A DNA stretch of 64,000 nucleotides from Hemiscyllium ocellatum (GCF_020745735.1 NC_083439.1:13096596-13160595), one strand, 5' to 3'. Positions 1 through 13,432 are shown, counted from the stretch's first letter. The notes: generated by a model from the letters alone, not told the origin. Program-made: numbers and translations.

Positions 1-414
1 TCTGGCATTTTCCCAGAAGTCCTCCCACATTTCTAATGAGACTTCCAACCCTAATTCTTGATTCCAGGTTTTAAATAATCGTTCCGTGTCTTTGGATACT
101 TTATTATATAATGAGTGGTAAAGAGTACTAACTGAGGGGTGCACCATTGGCCATAGCACTCTGCTTTCCCTATCTGATTTGGAGGGATTAATTATCAGTG
201 TGGTCTTCTTTCGTATATAATCTCGTATTTGTAAATACCGAAAAAGGTCCCTCTTAGGATGTCCAAACTTCTGATGCAACTGCTCAAAGGACATCATAAC
301 CTCCCCATTGAAAAGGTCTCCCAAGCAGGGAATATCTCTGGACTTCCAAGTCTTAAATGTAGCATCTGTCACCCTTGGCTGGAATCCCGATGCTCCCACT
401 ATATGAGTATAAGA

Positions 415-823
415 CAGTAGACAATAGACAATAGGTGCAGTAGTAGGCCATTCAGCCCTTCGAGCCTGCACCGCCATTCAATATTATCATGGCTGATCAT
501 TCCTAATCAGTATCCTGTTCCTGCCTTATCTCCCTAACCCTTGATTCCACTATCTTTGAGAGCTCTATCCAGCACTTTCTTAAATGAATCCAGAGACTGG
601 GCCTCCACTGCCCTCTGGGGCAGAGCATTCCACACAGCCACCACTCTCTGGGTGAAGAAGTTTCTCCTCATCTCTGTCCTAAATGGTCTACCCCGTATTT
701 TTAAGCTGTGTCCTCTGGTTCGGCACTCATCCATCAGCGGAAATATGTTTCCTGCTGCCAGAGTGTCAATCCTTTCATAATCTTATATGTCTCAATCAGA
801 TCCCCTCTGAGTCTTCTAAACTC
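415..823 (-). mobile_element. CR1 LINE 3' fragment nested in the L1
   Basis: EFRRLRGDLIETYKI / RTRGHSLK..RRNFFTQRVV CR1 ORF2 C-terminus, 3' UTR with (CTATTGT)n tail; L1 sequence resumes on both sides. Confidence 0.9.
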
Positions 824-3800
824 ATCTTGTCGCATTATCCTCCAGGCTTTAATTGTATTTAATACTATAGGGTTTTTACAGTGGTCCATAATAGCTCTCA
901 TCTTGTCCATAAATAAAATATTGATGAGGGGACATTTTGCTTGGGAGGGCTCAATATCTAACCAGATTGATTGTGGGTCACAAGAAACCCAGTCAGCTAC
1001 ATAAGATAATAGAGAGTTCAACTGATACATCCTAAAATCTGGAAAGTCCAGTCCTCTCCTTGCTTATGGGAGCTGCAGCTTTTCTAATTTGATAAGGGGC
1101 TCCAAATAAAGGAGCCGAGCCAGCCGTAGAGCTTACGCAACGCCTGTCTCGGGAGCATCAGGGGGAGCATTCCCATAGGATAGAGAAGACGAGGTAGAAT
1201 ATTCATCTTAACTAGGGCTACTCTGCCTAACCAGGATATTGGGAGATCGCCCCAGTCTTGAAGGTCCTGTCTTATTTTCTCTAATAAGTTCACAAAATTA
1301 GCTTTATACAGCTGACCACATACTGGGGTGATAGAAATACCTAGGTACAGAAAACCTCTTGGTGACCACAGAAAGGGAAAGGAAGATCCGTCCAGTAAAT
1401 TGGATACACTGGCAAGACCTCCAAAAGGCACAGCCTCAGATTTTACAAAATTGATTTTGTAGCCTGAGAACATCCCAAATAAATTGATCACTTGGATTAG
1501 ATGGGACATGGATATCAAAGGATCACTTAAGAAGAAGAGGACATCATCCGCATATAGTGTGATTTTATGTTTGCCCGATCCAACCCTCGGAGCCGTTATG
1601 TTAGGGTCAGTACGTGTAGTTTCTGCCAGTGGTTCAATCACTAGCGTGAATAATAATGGTGAAAGAGGACATCCCTGACGACAACCCTTGCCAACACTAA
1701 AGCTATCTGAACTTAAACCATTGGTGATCATCGCTGCTTTGGGATCATTATATAATACTGAAACCCATTTAGTAAGTACCTCGCAGACACCGAACCTTTC
1801 CAGTATATAAAAAAGATGTGGCCATTCTACCTGATCAAATGCCTTCTCTGTGTCCAAGGAGACAGCTAAATCCGGTATTGTTCCCTGTTAACAGGCTTGT
1901 ATCATATTTAAGATCCTTCTAATATTATTAGTGGACCTGCATCCCTTTATAAACCTTGTCTGGTCCTCTTTTATGATGTATGGTAAGACCCTCACCAATC
2001 TTAATGCTAACATTTTAGAAAGAATTTTGAAATCCACATTTAGTAAGGATATGGATCTATATGATGAGCAATCTTCTGGGGCCTTTTCCTTTTTAAGAAT
2101 AAGAGAGACGTTTGCTTCTCTCAATGAAGGCAGGAAGCAGCCCTGACTGTGTGAATAATTATACATATTTATGAGTGGCCCGGCCAGTTCCACTATAAAT
2201 TCTTTATAGAACTCAACCTGGAAGCCATCTGATCCAGGCACTTTGCCACTCTGAAGCACATTGAGTATTTCCTGGGTTGTCAGGGGGGCATTCTAGATCA
2301 ACACCTGCTCCGTGGTTAAGCCCAGGAGGGCCAAATCTTTAAAGAAGGATTCCATCTTCTCAGCTCTATCCTCACAGTCCTGCAATTTGTACAGAACTTT
2401 CTAAAGGCTGTATTGATCTTTTTATGATCACAAGTCAGGGTACCAGCACTTTCTCTAATGGACGTAATGGCTTGAAGAGCCTTTTTCTTTCGAGTAAGAT
2501 ATGTTAGGTATCTGCCAGGCTTGTCGCCATATTCAAATAATCTTTGTTTTGCGAATAATATTTCCCTCTTTGCTGTTTGAGTAAGTGTGGTATTCAAGGC
2601 TGCCCTAAGGGCTATGATCCTTTGTAGCTTAGTAATGGAAGGCCTGTTAAGATATGCTGTCTCAGCTGCTTTCAAGTGAGCTTCGAGCAGGCGCTGTTGC
2701 TCTCCCTTTTGTCTTTTCTGGGTCACAGAATATGAGATGACCAAGTCTCATGCGTATTCCTTAGTGGTCTCCCACATAATTGACGGGTTACTGGCCGTAC
2801 CTGAATTAATTTCCCAGAAGGTTTTGAATTCCTGTGAAAATTACTTTATAAATTCGCTATCCTTCAATAAGAAGGGATCCATACGCCAATGTCGGGGGCC
2901 TATCCCATCATTCCTAATCTTGACTTCCATATATATTGCGGCATGATCAGAAATAGCTGTATTACCTATTTTACAAGACAGTATGGGTTTAGGGGGCAAA
3001 AAACATATCAATTCTGGTATGGCATTGTGTGGGTTAGAGTAGAAAGTAAAGTCTCTACCCTGGGGGTGAAGGCACCTCCATACATCTAGTCCTAGCTCCT
3101 TATTCAGATCCACCAGTTGTCTAGATCTCAGAGATATACCTGTAGTTCTCTTCGGTATCCTATCTGTCTTTGGGTCCATAATACAGTTAAAATCTCCTCC
3201 TGTAATTGTCTGGCAGACTCCAAAAGCAATCAACTTAAAGAACGCTTCCATTACAAATTTAAAGGGATGCGCCGGGGGGCAATAAAGATTCAAAATTCCA
3301 TATTCCTCTCCATGTATTAGGGCTTTGTTCAATATATACCGTCCAGATCTTCTTTTATCTGGCTCAACATTTGGAAAGGAAGATTCTTCCAAATAAGAAT
3401 GGCTACTCCCCTATGTTTGAACTGAAAGATGACAAAAAAGCCTGATCAAATCCACCCTGTTGTAGTTTTAAATGTTCTTTGTCAAGTAGATGTGTCTCCT
3501 GTAAGAGAGCTATATCGACCCTTTCCTTTTTGAGACTTGATAATTTCTTTTTCCTTTTGATTGGTGAATTACTCCCCTTGACATTCGTCCAGGCAAGCCC
3601 AAGTCCAGGTGCCATGATCATCCAGGCAAGCCCAAGACCTCACAGGAAGAAGAACCCCACTCAGAAAATCTTGAATAGAGACCATAGGAAATACACAAAT
3701 ACAAAAATTCTTTAAAACATTTAAACCAACACAATTAAAAGCTATTCCTAAGTTTAAAAAAGTGCAAAACATATTTGAAAGGAGACTTTCCCCCTTGCTC

Positions 3801-3955
3801 CCAGGGGGCATAACTACCAATCAATAACCCCACCATAGTCTCATCTAGTTAGGATCCTACTCTTAGCCCAGGCATTATAGAGTGGAATATACAAAATCAA
3901 GTATTTTATAAAATCAGAGTTAAAAGTGAGTAACCCACAGCCCTCCCCCCCTCCA

Positions 3956-3980
3956 AACACACACACACACACACACACAC
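3956..3980. repeat. (CA)n microsatellite in L1 inter-ORF spacer
   Basis: acacacac run seen directly. Confidence 0.95.
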
Positions 3981-4884
3981 CTGAGTGCATTTAGCAAACA
4001 CAGTACGAAATAGTAAAATATAAAATTACAAAATTACAATCCACGTGAGTATTAGGCAACTAAGTAAAACGAGAAAAGAGGAAAGCCCCGCTCTTAAGAA
4101 AAGGGCAAGACAAAACAAGCGCCCCAACAAATCGAATAAGCCACGTGAACTATAAAAAGGAAGCCAAAGGAAAAGTAAGGAGCAAATTCCTCTCCCACCC
4201 TCAGGGAAAGATGAAGGATGAAAAAGAGAAAAAAGGGGTTGAACAAAGGAGGAGGTAAAATAAAGTCATTATCCATATGGTTTGAGTCCCACAGTCTATT
4301 TAAGAGAGTCCAAAAATTTTTTTTGCTTTTTCTGGCGACCCAAAATTGTAAACAGATCCTCCATGGATGAAGCCTCCGTGATGTAAAGGGTGAGGTGAAG
4401 GCAGGTGCCCCACTTTACCCGAGTCTTAGGCAGATCACTACAGACTAAGACTTGCTGGGTCGCTGCCATCTTGAATCCCCACTATTGTGAATTTTAAACA
4501 TTAAAAAAGTGTCATAAAAATGCAAAAATGGGTCTGTTAATTATTTAGTTGCACACTAATCCTGAGTCCAAATGTTATATCAGTCACACACCACACGTTT
4601 GTGATAAAAAACAGTTATTAGATCTTTCCTCCAAATTATTTCCTCACTTCATTGCATGTCTGTTATCTTTGAAATATTTATATGCTTCTCTGGCATGAAA
4701 ACTGCTGCATTTATTGATTTAGATTACGTGTCATTTCGTCTGCCGTATTTTTAATTGCTCAGCAGCATCCTCCAGGGGTCCCACATTTACTTGAGTTACA
4801 GTCTTTTTATAAACCAGTAGAAACTCTTGCTGTTTGTTTTATATTTCATTTCTTGGCAATTTAATGTTGTCATCAATTTTCTCC

Positions 4885-5339
4885 TCTTGGATGTAGGTTT
4901 GCTCACTGAGCTGCAAGGTTCATTTCCAGATGTTTTGTTACCCTACTAGGTAACATCTTCAGTGGGCCTCAGGCAAAGCAATGCTGAGAATTCCTGTTTT
5001 CTATTTTTATGTTTGGGTTTCTTTGGGTTGGTGATGTCATTTCCTGTGGTGAAGCCACTTCCTGTTCTTTTTCTCAGGGCATGGTAGATGGGATCTAACT
5101 CAATGTGTTTATTGATAGAGTTCCAGTTGGAGTGCCACAAGAAATAACATCACCACAAGAAATAACATCACCATTCCAAAAAAACCCAAAGATATAAATA
5201 GAAAGCAAGAATTCTCAGCATTGCTTCACCTGAGGCCCACTGAAGATGTTACCTAGTAGGGTAACAAAATGTCTGGAAATAAACCTGGCAGCTCAGCAAG
5301 CAGTCCTAAATCCAAAACCTCAACCTGAGGTACAAATCT
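4885..5339. mobile_element. Penelope-like element remnant with inverted pseudo-LTR (palindrome) and decayed hammerhead motif
   Basis: WHSNWNSINKHIELDPIY (GIY-YIG C-terminus, minus strand). Arms ~4888-5049 and ~5155-5314 are reverse complements. CTGAAGA-tgttacc..ggtaac-aaaa core at ~5240-5273. Confidence 0.8.
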
Positions 5340-6034
5340 CAAAATTTTGTTCCTCTTAATTAGCTTTTTATTCTTTGATTTGATTATCACTCACTTCTGC
5401 TGTTGTGTTTCTTTTTGATTTATTAAAACTTCTTTTCAAGTGAACCCTCTGCCACTATCCCAACAATTAAACAATTTAAAGTCAACCCAATACATGGTCT
5501 CCTGGATCCAGCAGAGTTCAATTGAAGCCTGTCCCAATGGATCAGATCTGTTTTTCCCCAGTACCAGCATTAGTGCCCCATAAATCAGAGCCCATTCTTC
5601 CTATGCCAATCTTTGAGCTACACGTTTACTTCTCTCATTTTAGTTACCTGATGCCAATTTGCATATGATTCAGATAGTAATCTGGAGATTGCTACCTTTG
5701 TTGTTCTGCTTCTTAATTTAGCTCCACGCTACTTGTAATTCTTTACCAGAACTTCTTGTCTTGTCCTGTATCTTTGGAACTTATGCGGACCACTCCTAAC
5801 CCAATTTCTACTCCAGCTGAGGAGAGATGTCTTGAACCTTGGCACCAGTAAGGGAACTCAGCTTTCAGGACTCTCCTTTGTTTCCCCTAACTACATTGAC
5901 CCCTATCACGAGTATGTTTTTCTTCCCAATTTGAATGGGTTCTGAACCACAATTAAAACAAGCAAAGAATTGCAGATGCTGGAACTCAAAACCAAAACAT
6001 ATTTGACGTATGTAAGAATGGAATGGCAGTAGTC

Positions 6035-6592
6035 CACTGTTGGAATATTGCGTGCAATTCTGGTCTCCTTCCAATTGGAAAGATGTTGTGAAACCTGAAA
6101 GGGTTCAGAAAAGATTTACAAGGATGTTGCCAGGGTTGGAGGACTAGAGCTACAGGGAGAGGTTGAATAGGCTGGGAGTGTTTTCCCTGGAGAGTCAATG
6201 GCTGAGGGATGACCTTATAGAGGTTCATAAAATTACGAGGGGCATGGATAGAATAAATAGACAAAGTCTTTTACCTGAGATGGGGGAGTCCAGAACTAGA
6301 GGGCATAGGTTTGAGGTGGGAAGGAAAGATATAAAAGAGACCTAAAGGGCAACTTTTTCATGCAGAGGGTGGTGTGTGTATGGAATGAGCTGCCAGAGGA
6401 TGTGGTGGAGGCTAGTACAATTGCAACATGTAAAAGAAATCTAGATGGGTGTATGAATAGAAAGGGTTTGGAGGGATATGGGCCAGGTGCTGGCAGGTGG
6501 GACTAGATTGGGTTGGGCTATCTGTTCGGCAGGGTCGAGTTGGAATGAAGGGTCTGTTTTCGTGCTGTACCTCTCTATGACTCTATGACTCT
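6035..6592 (+). mobile_element. CR1 LINE 3' end
   Basis: LEYCVQFW..LRDDLIEVHKI..RTRGHRF; tail ctatgactctatgactcta. Confidence 0.9.
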
Positions 6593-6594
6593 AG

Positions 6595-8725
6595 TCATGG
6601 GGGCTTTAACATGCACATTGATTGGCCAAATCAAGTCTGTAGAGGCAGTCTTGAAGAGGGGTTCATAGAACTTCTCCATGATAATGTTTTTGAACAGCAA
6701 ACCTACAAGGGAGTGTGCAATCTTAGATCTGGTCCTATGTAATGAGACAGGTAACATTAATAATCTTGTTGTTCAGAATCCTCTCGGAAAGAATGATCAC
6801 ACTATGGACGAATCTCAGATACAAATGGAGGGTGAAGTAGTATCATCTAAAACCAGGGTGCTATGCTTTAACAAAGGGGACTGTAATGGGATGAGGAAAC
6901 AATTGGTAAATTAGACTGGGAACACAAGTTATATGGTAGAACACTTGAGGAATAGTGGAGGACATTCAAAGAGATTTTTTACAGTGCTCAAAGAAAGTAT
7001 ATTCCAGTCAAAAACAAGGGTAGCAATGGTAGGAAGAGTCAGCTTTGGATAACCAAGGAAATAAGGGAAGGCATCCAATTTGTAAGCTCAGGCTTACAAA
7101 GTAGTCAGGAGTAGTGGGGAAACGAGAAGATTGGGAAAACTTTAAAAAGTAACAAAAAAAACCATGAGGCAAGCAGTACAGAAAGGAAAGATAGATTATG
7201 AACGCAAACTAGTACAGAATGTAAAAATAGGTAGGAATTGTTTTTATAAATATATAAAACAGGAAAAGGTAGCTAAAGTGGAAGTTAGTCTCTTGCAGGA
7301 TGATAAAGGGGAATTAATACTGGTAATGCTGAACCAGCCGAGGCCTTGAATAACTATTTTGTTTTAGTCTTCAAAGTGTGTCTGACATTCCAAAGAATGA
7401 TATTAAGAAGACAATGGGAGTTGAGAACCTCAGTTCAATTGTAATCACTAAAGGGGTAGTGTTGAGCAAACTTGAGGGTCTAAAGGTAGGTAAGTCACCT
7501 GGTCCTGATGGAATGCATCCCAGGGTGCTGAAAGAAATGGCAGAAATTACGGTAGATATGTTAGTGGGAATTTACCAAAATTCACTCGACTCCATGTAGA
7601 TCCTGGTGGGACTGGAAGACAGAAAATGCCACACTGCTGTTTAAAAAAGGGTGAAGGTAAAAGGCAAATAATTGTAGGCCAGTTAGCCGAACATCTGTAG
7701 TTGGGAAAATGATGGAGGCTATCATTAAAGAAGAAGTAGTGAGACATCTGGATGGAAAGGGTTCCATATGCAGACACAGCATGATTCAGGAAAGGAAGGC
7801 CATGTTTGTCAAACTTACTGGAGTTCTTTGAGGATGTAACAAGCATGGTGGATGGAGAGGAACAGGTGGATGTTGTATACTTGGATTTCCAGAAGGCATT
7901 TGATAAGGTGCCGCATAAAAGACTCACCCATAAGATAAGAATGCATGGAGTTGTGTGGAATGTACTAGCATAGAAAGAGGACTGGTTAACCAATAGAAGA
8001 CAGAGAGTTGGAATAAATGGGTGTTTCTCTATTTGGAGATGAGTGGTGAGCGGGTTGCCACAGGGATGGGTGTTGGTCCTGCAACTGTTCATGAGATATC
8101 TAAATGATTTGGAAGAGGAGGCCAAGTGCAATGTATCCATTACACTTGTTGACACTAAACTGAGTGGAAAGGCAAATGTGCAGAGGATATGGCGAGTCTG
8201 CAGAGAGATTCAGATAGGTTAAGTGAGTGGGCAAGGGTCTGGCAGATGGAGTATAATGTTGGTAAATGTGAGGTTATCCACTTTGCAAGTAAAAATAGTA
8301 GGCCAGAGTACTTTTTAAGTGGTGAGAGATTGTAGCATGCTGTTGTGCAGAGGGACTTAGGAGCGCTCGTACATGAATTGCCAAAAGTTGATTTGCGCGT
8401 GCAACACGTAATCAGGAAGACAAATGGTATATTGGCTTTCACTGCTAGAGGGTTTGAATTTAAGAGCAGGAGGTTATATTGGAAATGTACAAGGTGTTGG
8501 TGAGACTGCACCTAGAGTATTGTGGACAGTTCTGGTCTCCTTACTTCGGAAAGGATACACTGGCTTTGAAGGCGATGCGGAGGAAGTTCGCCTGGTTGAT
8601 TCCAGAGATGAGTTGGTTACTCTATAAGGAGAGGTTGAGCCACCTGTGCTCGCTAGAAGTTAGACAAATGAGAAGGGATCTTATAGAATCATATAAAATT
8701 ATGAAAGAGATAGATAAGGTAGAAA
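6595..8725 (+). mobile_element. CR1 LINE ORF2 fragment (EN end to RT), frameshifted
   Basis: AILDLVLCNE, KSPGPDGMHPRVLKE, DFQKAFDKVPH, LEYCGQFWSP. Confidence 0.9.
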
Positions 8726-9097
8726 TAATCCCAGTCATGCAAGCAGTCCCAGTCATGTGTGCACAGCCCTTGCACAGTTAGTGGTCTGTGGGTTGGGGGA
8801 AATGAAAGTGAGTGAGGGAAGATGTTGCTGGCAATAGGTAAAGCCTTAGTGTGAGCTAGATATAGTGGTAGTGAAGGATTGAGTGGGAGGTAGCAAAAAG
8901 AAGAATGTGGCACTTACCCTGGTATCACAGAGGAATTTATTGACCATCTAGTCTAGCTATTCCTCTGCACTATGGTGATCAACCTGACCAGGCTGGTGGC
9001 CTTGCACTGGACTGCCAGGCCTCCTCTACCACTTATCGGGGAAGAGGATGCCATCCTCCAGACCAATCTGTCCACCAGGACTTCCCGGCCCCTTTTT

Positions 9098-9408
9098 TTT
9101 TAGATTACCTACAGTGTGGAAACAGGCCCTTCGGCCCAACAAGTCCACACCGACCCGCCGAAGCGCAACCCACCCATTCCCCTACATTTACCCCTTTTCC
9201 CTAACACTATGGGCAATTTAGCATGGCCAATTCACCTGACCTGCACATCTTTGGACTGTGGGAGGAAACCGGAGCACCCGGAGGAAACCCACGCAGACAT
9301 GGGGAGAATGTGCAAACTCCACACAGTCAGTCACCTGAGGCGGGAATTGAACCCAGGTCTCTGGCACTGTGAGGCAGCAGTGCTAACCGCTGTGCCACCG
9401 TGCCGCCC
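9098..9408 (-). mobile_element. HE1-type tRNA-derived SINE, near full length
   Basis: Minus strand begins GGGCGGCACGGTGGCACAGCGGTTAGCACTG (A box), GGTTCAATTCC (B box), body TGGGTTTCCTCCGGGTGCTCCGG, tail TAGGTAATCTAA. Confidence 0.9.
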
Positions 9409-9500
9409 TGCTCCTTTATCAGGTGGTTGACAACGCTCCGAAAGCTAGTGCTTCCAAATAAACCTGTTGAACTATAACCTGGAGTTGTGTGATTTTTAAT
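9409..9500 (+). mobile_element. Penelope pseudo-LTR fragment (family B)
   Basis: gctccgaaagctagtgcttccaaataaacctgttgaactataacctgg matches the end of the Penelope element at 58770-58900. Confidence 0.75.
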
Positions 9501-10244
9501 GATGAAATGGAAGTTTAATCCAATTTGAATTGGTTGTTAAATATGTTCATATTTTTGGGGGATCTCATCCATTATCACTTCCTTTGTACCTGCATCTTTT
9601 AGATCTCTTAATCTCTTAACCTTGACTTCCACCAAGTACAGATCTTTCTTTTTTCTCCCCGTTTTATTTGCTTATAACCTATTACATTTGTAACATTTCC
9701 CATTCCCAACTGACATGAAATTTGACCTCTCATTTCTCTGTCTTTTCAGATTTTCAATGCACCTGGTAGTTTTCTTATTGTTTGAATTGTGAATTGGTTC
9801 AAAGTCGATGGGAAGTAAATGTTCTAAAAAGTGTAGGAAATTGCAAGAAAGTAGTATGCTTTAACTGCTTGTGACCTCTTAACAGGACTTGTGCATATTG
9901 AGGCTTTGGGAGCTGAACATCTGAAGGAAATTCTGTGAACTGAGGCAGTAAAACAGAAGAATTTACAGAAAACAGTAGCAATGCTAAGGAGGTCAGGCAA
10001 TGTCATGGTGAGATCAACAAAATTAACTCGTCAGGTGGTGCAACCAGTGGTTGCAAGCCTTCAGTCTGGATTAGAGATTTATTGACAGGAGTGGAAGTGT
10101 GCACTACATCTGCTTGTGGCAGGACAATGTTTCACATGAGATTGTGCACGCACTCGGGTCTACAGCAAATCTTGAGGTAGCCAAGCCAGCAATTTGACAG
10201 CTGCATTATTACTTCATGGAGTTTATGGTGGGAGTATTATGTTT

Positions 10245-10338
10245 CCTGATGAAGGGCTTATGCCCGAAACGTCGAATTTCCTGTTCCTTGGATGCTGCCT
10301 GACCTGCTGCGCTTTTCCAGCAACACATTTTCAGCGCA
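10245..10338 (+). mobile_element. Penelope-derived mini-element (family A) with intact minimal hammerhead core and 14-bp TSD
   Basis: CTGATGA-agggc-ttat-gccc-GAAAC-GTC at 10246-10273; flanking direct repeat ggagtattatgttt at 10231-10244 and 10339-10352. Confidence 0.85.
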
Positions 10339-10424
10339 GGAGTATTATGTTTAACAAGAACCTGGTCTACTATTCCAAGGATCATGCCAAGTCTATTTGA
10401 CCAACTTGTGATTTTTAAATAAAT

Positions 10425-11015
10425 GCTAGACCAGCATTTATTGCCTATCTATAATTACCCACAGGGCAATTAAGAATCAATTACATTGCTGTGGGTCTGG
10501 TGTCATGTGTAGGTCCGATTAGGTAAGGATGGCAGTTTCCTTCCCTAAAGAACATACTAGGGAATATATTTTAAAGTGACAGAAGAAGGTTTTAAGAAGG
10601 GCATGAGGGACAACTTTTTTAAAGAGTGGTTTATGTGTGGAATGAAGTGCCAATCGTGGATGCAAGTCCAGTTCCGACATTTAAAAGACATTTAGATAAG
10701 TTCATGAATAGGAGAGGTTGGAGGGATATGGGCCAAACACGGACAAGTGAGACTAATTTTGTTTGGTAACGTAGTCAGGGTGGACTAGTTGGACTGAAGG
10801 TCTGTTTCCATGCTGTATGATCCTATGACATTAATGAAGCAGATGGGTTTTTAAGGCAATCGACAATGGATTTAATGGTCGTCATTTCATTTTAATTCCA
10901 GATACCTTTTTCCCAAATTCCACCATCTGCTGTGATGGGATTCGAACCCATGTCTCCAGAACATGACCTGTGTCTCTGGTTTAAAAGTCCAATAATAGTA
11001 CCACGAGGCTGTCAC
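10425..11015 (-). mobile_element. tRNA-derived SINE interrupted by a CR1 3' fragment (10556-10828, + strand)
   Basis: B box GGGTTCGAATCCC on minus strand at ~10938-10950; CR1 3' UTR and ctatga tail in the middle. Confidence 0.7.
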
Positions 11016-12649
11016 CTCTACTTATACCCATAATCAACTGCCTCTTTGGCTCACTCTTTGCTTATTTCAAACCACTCTGCCCTCCCTCTCTAGGAATGGC
11101 TGCTGTCATGGAACACCATTCCACACAGAGGCAAAGCAGCTCCTTCTCACTCCAACTCCAGCCAGTAACTACTTCCTTGCTTTTATTAGCCTTTAGGTGA
11201 TTTTGTATCCTTGGTTTTGTGTCCTTAGGATGGAGACAAGCACTTGTTCGAAGTCACCAACACTGTCTCACTATTCATAATAATTTCTCCGATCTCTGCT
11301 GCTCGCGTGTTCGGAAAGGTCTCTAGGCAGACTAGTCAGAGAAGTAAAAGGAATCTTAGGGAGTGGCAAGTTGGATCCAAGACTGGCTCTGTGACAAGAT
11401 GCTGCAGTCAATAATTCATGCCGTTTTATGATTGAAAGGTTGTTTGCAGTGTAATTATACAGGGTTCAGTCCTAGGATACTTGCTTGTAGTGTTATATTA
11501 GAATGGTTTAGAGGGATTAGGATTCGGAGGTAAATTATCCCTCATTCCATTTAAAATGTTTGGAGCTGTATTAAAAAGAATTAAACAAGATTGAGGAGGT
11601 CAAATTTGATTCTGCACTGATGATCAGCACTTTCTCTCACTTTGACACCCTAGTACTTATTGTATTTTGTTTGATAAGTTAGATATCAAGTGCTGGAAAG
11701 TCCTTTTCATATAACACATTAATGTGTAAATTAAGCATATTCAATAACAGCCTGTTGGCTGGTTATGACATGAATTACTCTCGGATATCAGCTTTTCCAG
11801 CAGTTACCTTGTTTTGTTCGCCTACACGCAGCTTTTCATTCCTCTGTCAGATGACGGGTGCCCTTTCACAAATACCCACCCTATTGCATTGAGCGCCAGG
11901 ACTGCAAATGTAGGAAAATTAAAATGCATCAAAACAGAAGTGATCCATTTACTGTAGGCAAAAAAGTGGGGCAAGTTCTTTTTTTTCTCTAGTTCCTCAC
12001 TACTCTGCATTATGAACAGAAGTAAAAGCTATCTCATCCAATGAGAGCTTACTGTGCTGCTTTGTTCTGGTCTTCATGTCAGCCCCCAAGAGCAGATGAC
12101 ATATCTGATAGAGTGATCAGGCCTGATGTTTTCTCACAATTAATGTGGAACATGGTTAACACAGACTTTGGTAATTTGCTGAGTTGCTGACTATTTTCCT
12201 TACATATTATATCCGTGGCAGTTAATGATGCAATCCAAATGCGTGCACTACAAATTCACAAAGGCATTCAAAAACAACTTTTTTTACTCTTCAACTACAA
12301 AGAATTCCTTTTCTCCTCAGAAGTTATTCTTTGTTCTGTAGATTTGCTGTTACCAGCAAAGTCATCTCGAGGTCATTGAGAACAAACCTGGCATTTCTCA
12401 CTAAGGTCTGGTAGGTCGTTAATATGCAGCTCTCGGACAGCTACAGCTGAGGGAGAAACCAAGCCAAAATGAACCGAAAGCAGTGTCCTTCACATAAAGT
12501 TTATCCTTGAAGCTAACTGTAAATATTGTGATCCCTCAAGCCTCTATCTATGGCTAACAGAACTGAAAAGACATGAGTAAGAGGCACAAGACATATTCTC
12601 TGCACCTTTGGAGTTATTTAGGAGTTATTCTACTACAATTAGTTTTGTG

Positions 12650-13060
12650 ATTTGTCACAATGTTTTTGTACTACTGTCATATCAGCTCTTTAGCAGTGCC
12701 GACTTTGTCTTACCTTATGTATTGGCAAAGTCATGTTAATGTTATGGAGGCAAGAAATAACTGAGCCAGAGTCATTATCAAGCACTTTTAAATGAGGTGA
12801 AGCCTTGCACTCGATAATGGTCATGTCAGTATTCCATTTCCCACAGCAGCCAAACTTGTATCTCTGTGAGGAAGATGGCAAATATCATATTAGTTCGTGG
12901 ACAATGGTGTGCTCTGTTTTCTGTCAGCTTCACTTACATCATTCTGGATTTCGAAAATCAATAGGTTGTAACATGCATCACATTTCTCTGGACCAGATTC
13001 AAACCGAAGTCTGAGTAATTAAAGAACATGGTTCTAACTCACTGCCCCACCTCAACAATT
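12650..13060 (-). mobile_element. Possible very old Rex1/Babar-like LINE endonuclease relic
   Basis: GKWNTDMTIIECKASPHLKVL resembles the Rex1 EN segment (NKWCxDV..CSPxLE); heavily decayed. Confidence 0.3.
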
Positions 13061-13432
13061 TTCCTGGCTTTCTGTTTGAGCAGTGTAAGTGACATTGTAA
13101 TGAGAATATAAAGGTCACTAACTGCCTGCAACTGATTAATTGATACATGGTTGTAAAATACTAGGTGTTTTCCTGAATGTTATGATGACAACAATAGATA
13201 TTAACCTGCAAGCATTTTTAGAAATAAACAACAGATTGCATCAAATGGCAATCAATTTAATAAAACTTGGTTCCTTGCAGTGATCAGTTCTAGATGTTCT
13301 AACAGGAATATGAGCTTCTGACTGTCCTGAAAGGTCTTTGGAAAGAACAAATTCCAGTTTTCACATCATGCAACCATCGGTACCCTAACCTTTTAGCCTT
13401 CAACTGTGGCATACAGACTTGTTTATTTTGCT

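Larger units (their letters stand above)
1..4480 (-). mobile_element. Decayed L1/Tx1-clade LINE (5' end at ~4480, ORF1 almost entirely deleted, fragmented ORF2 running off the window start)
   Basis: Minus-strand ORF fragments: APE endonuclease (TNVKGSNSPIKRKK..LLQETHL, GGDFN, SDH at 2841-3621), RT (PGSDGF, YRSISLLNVDFKILSK, EKAFD, QGCPLSP, YADD at 1084-2259). ORF1 C-terminal remnant FIHGGSVYNFGSPEKAK near 4300-4372. GGGGATTCAAGATGGC 5' terminus. Confidence 0.9.

Noticed and set aside
1084-3621. Long minus-strand ORFs as host genes or an active element
   Set aside because: Frameshifted pieces of one L1 ORF2.
9340-9408. tRNA gene (A and B boxes)
   Set aside because: tRNA-derived head of a HE1 SINE, followed by SINE body and present in many copies.
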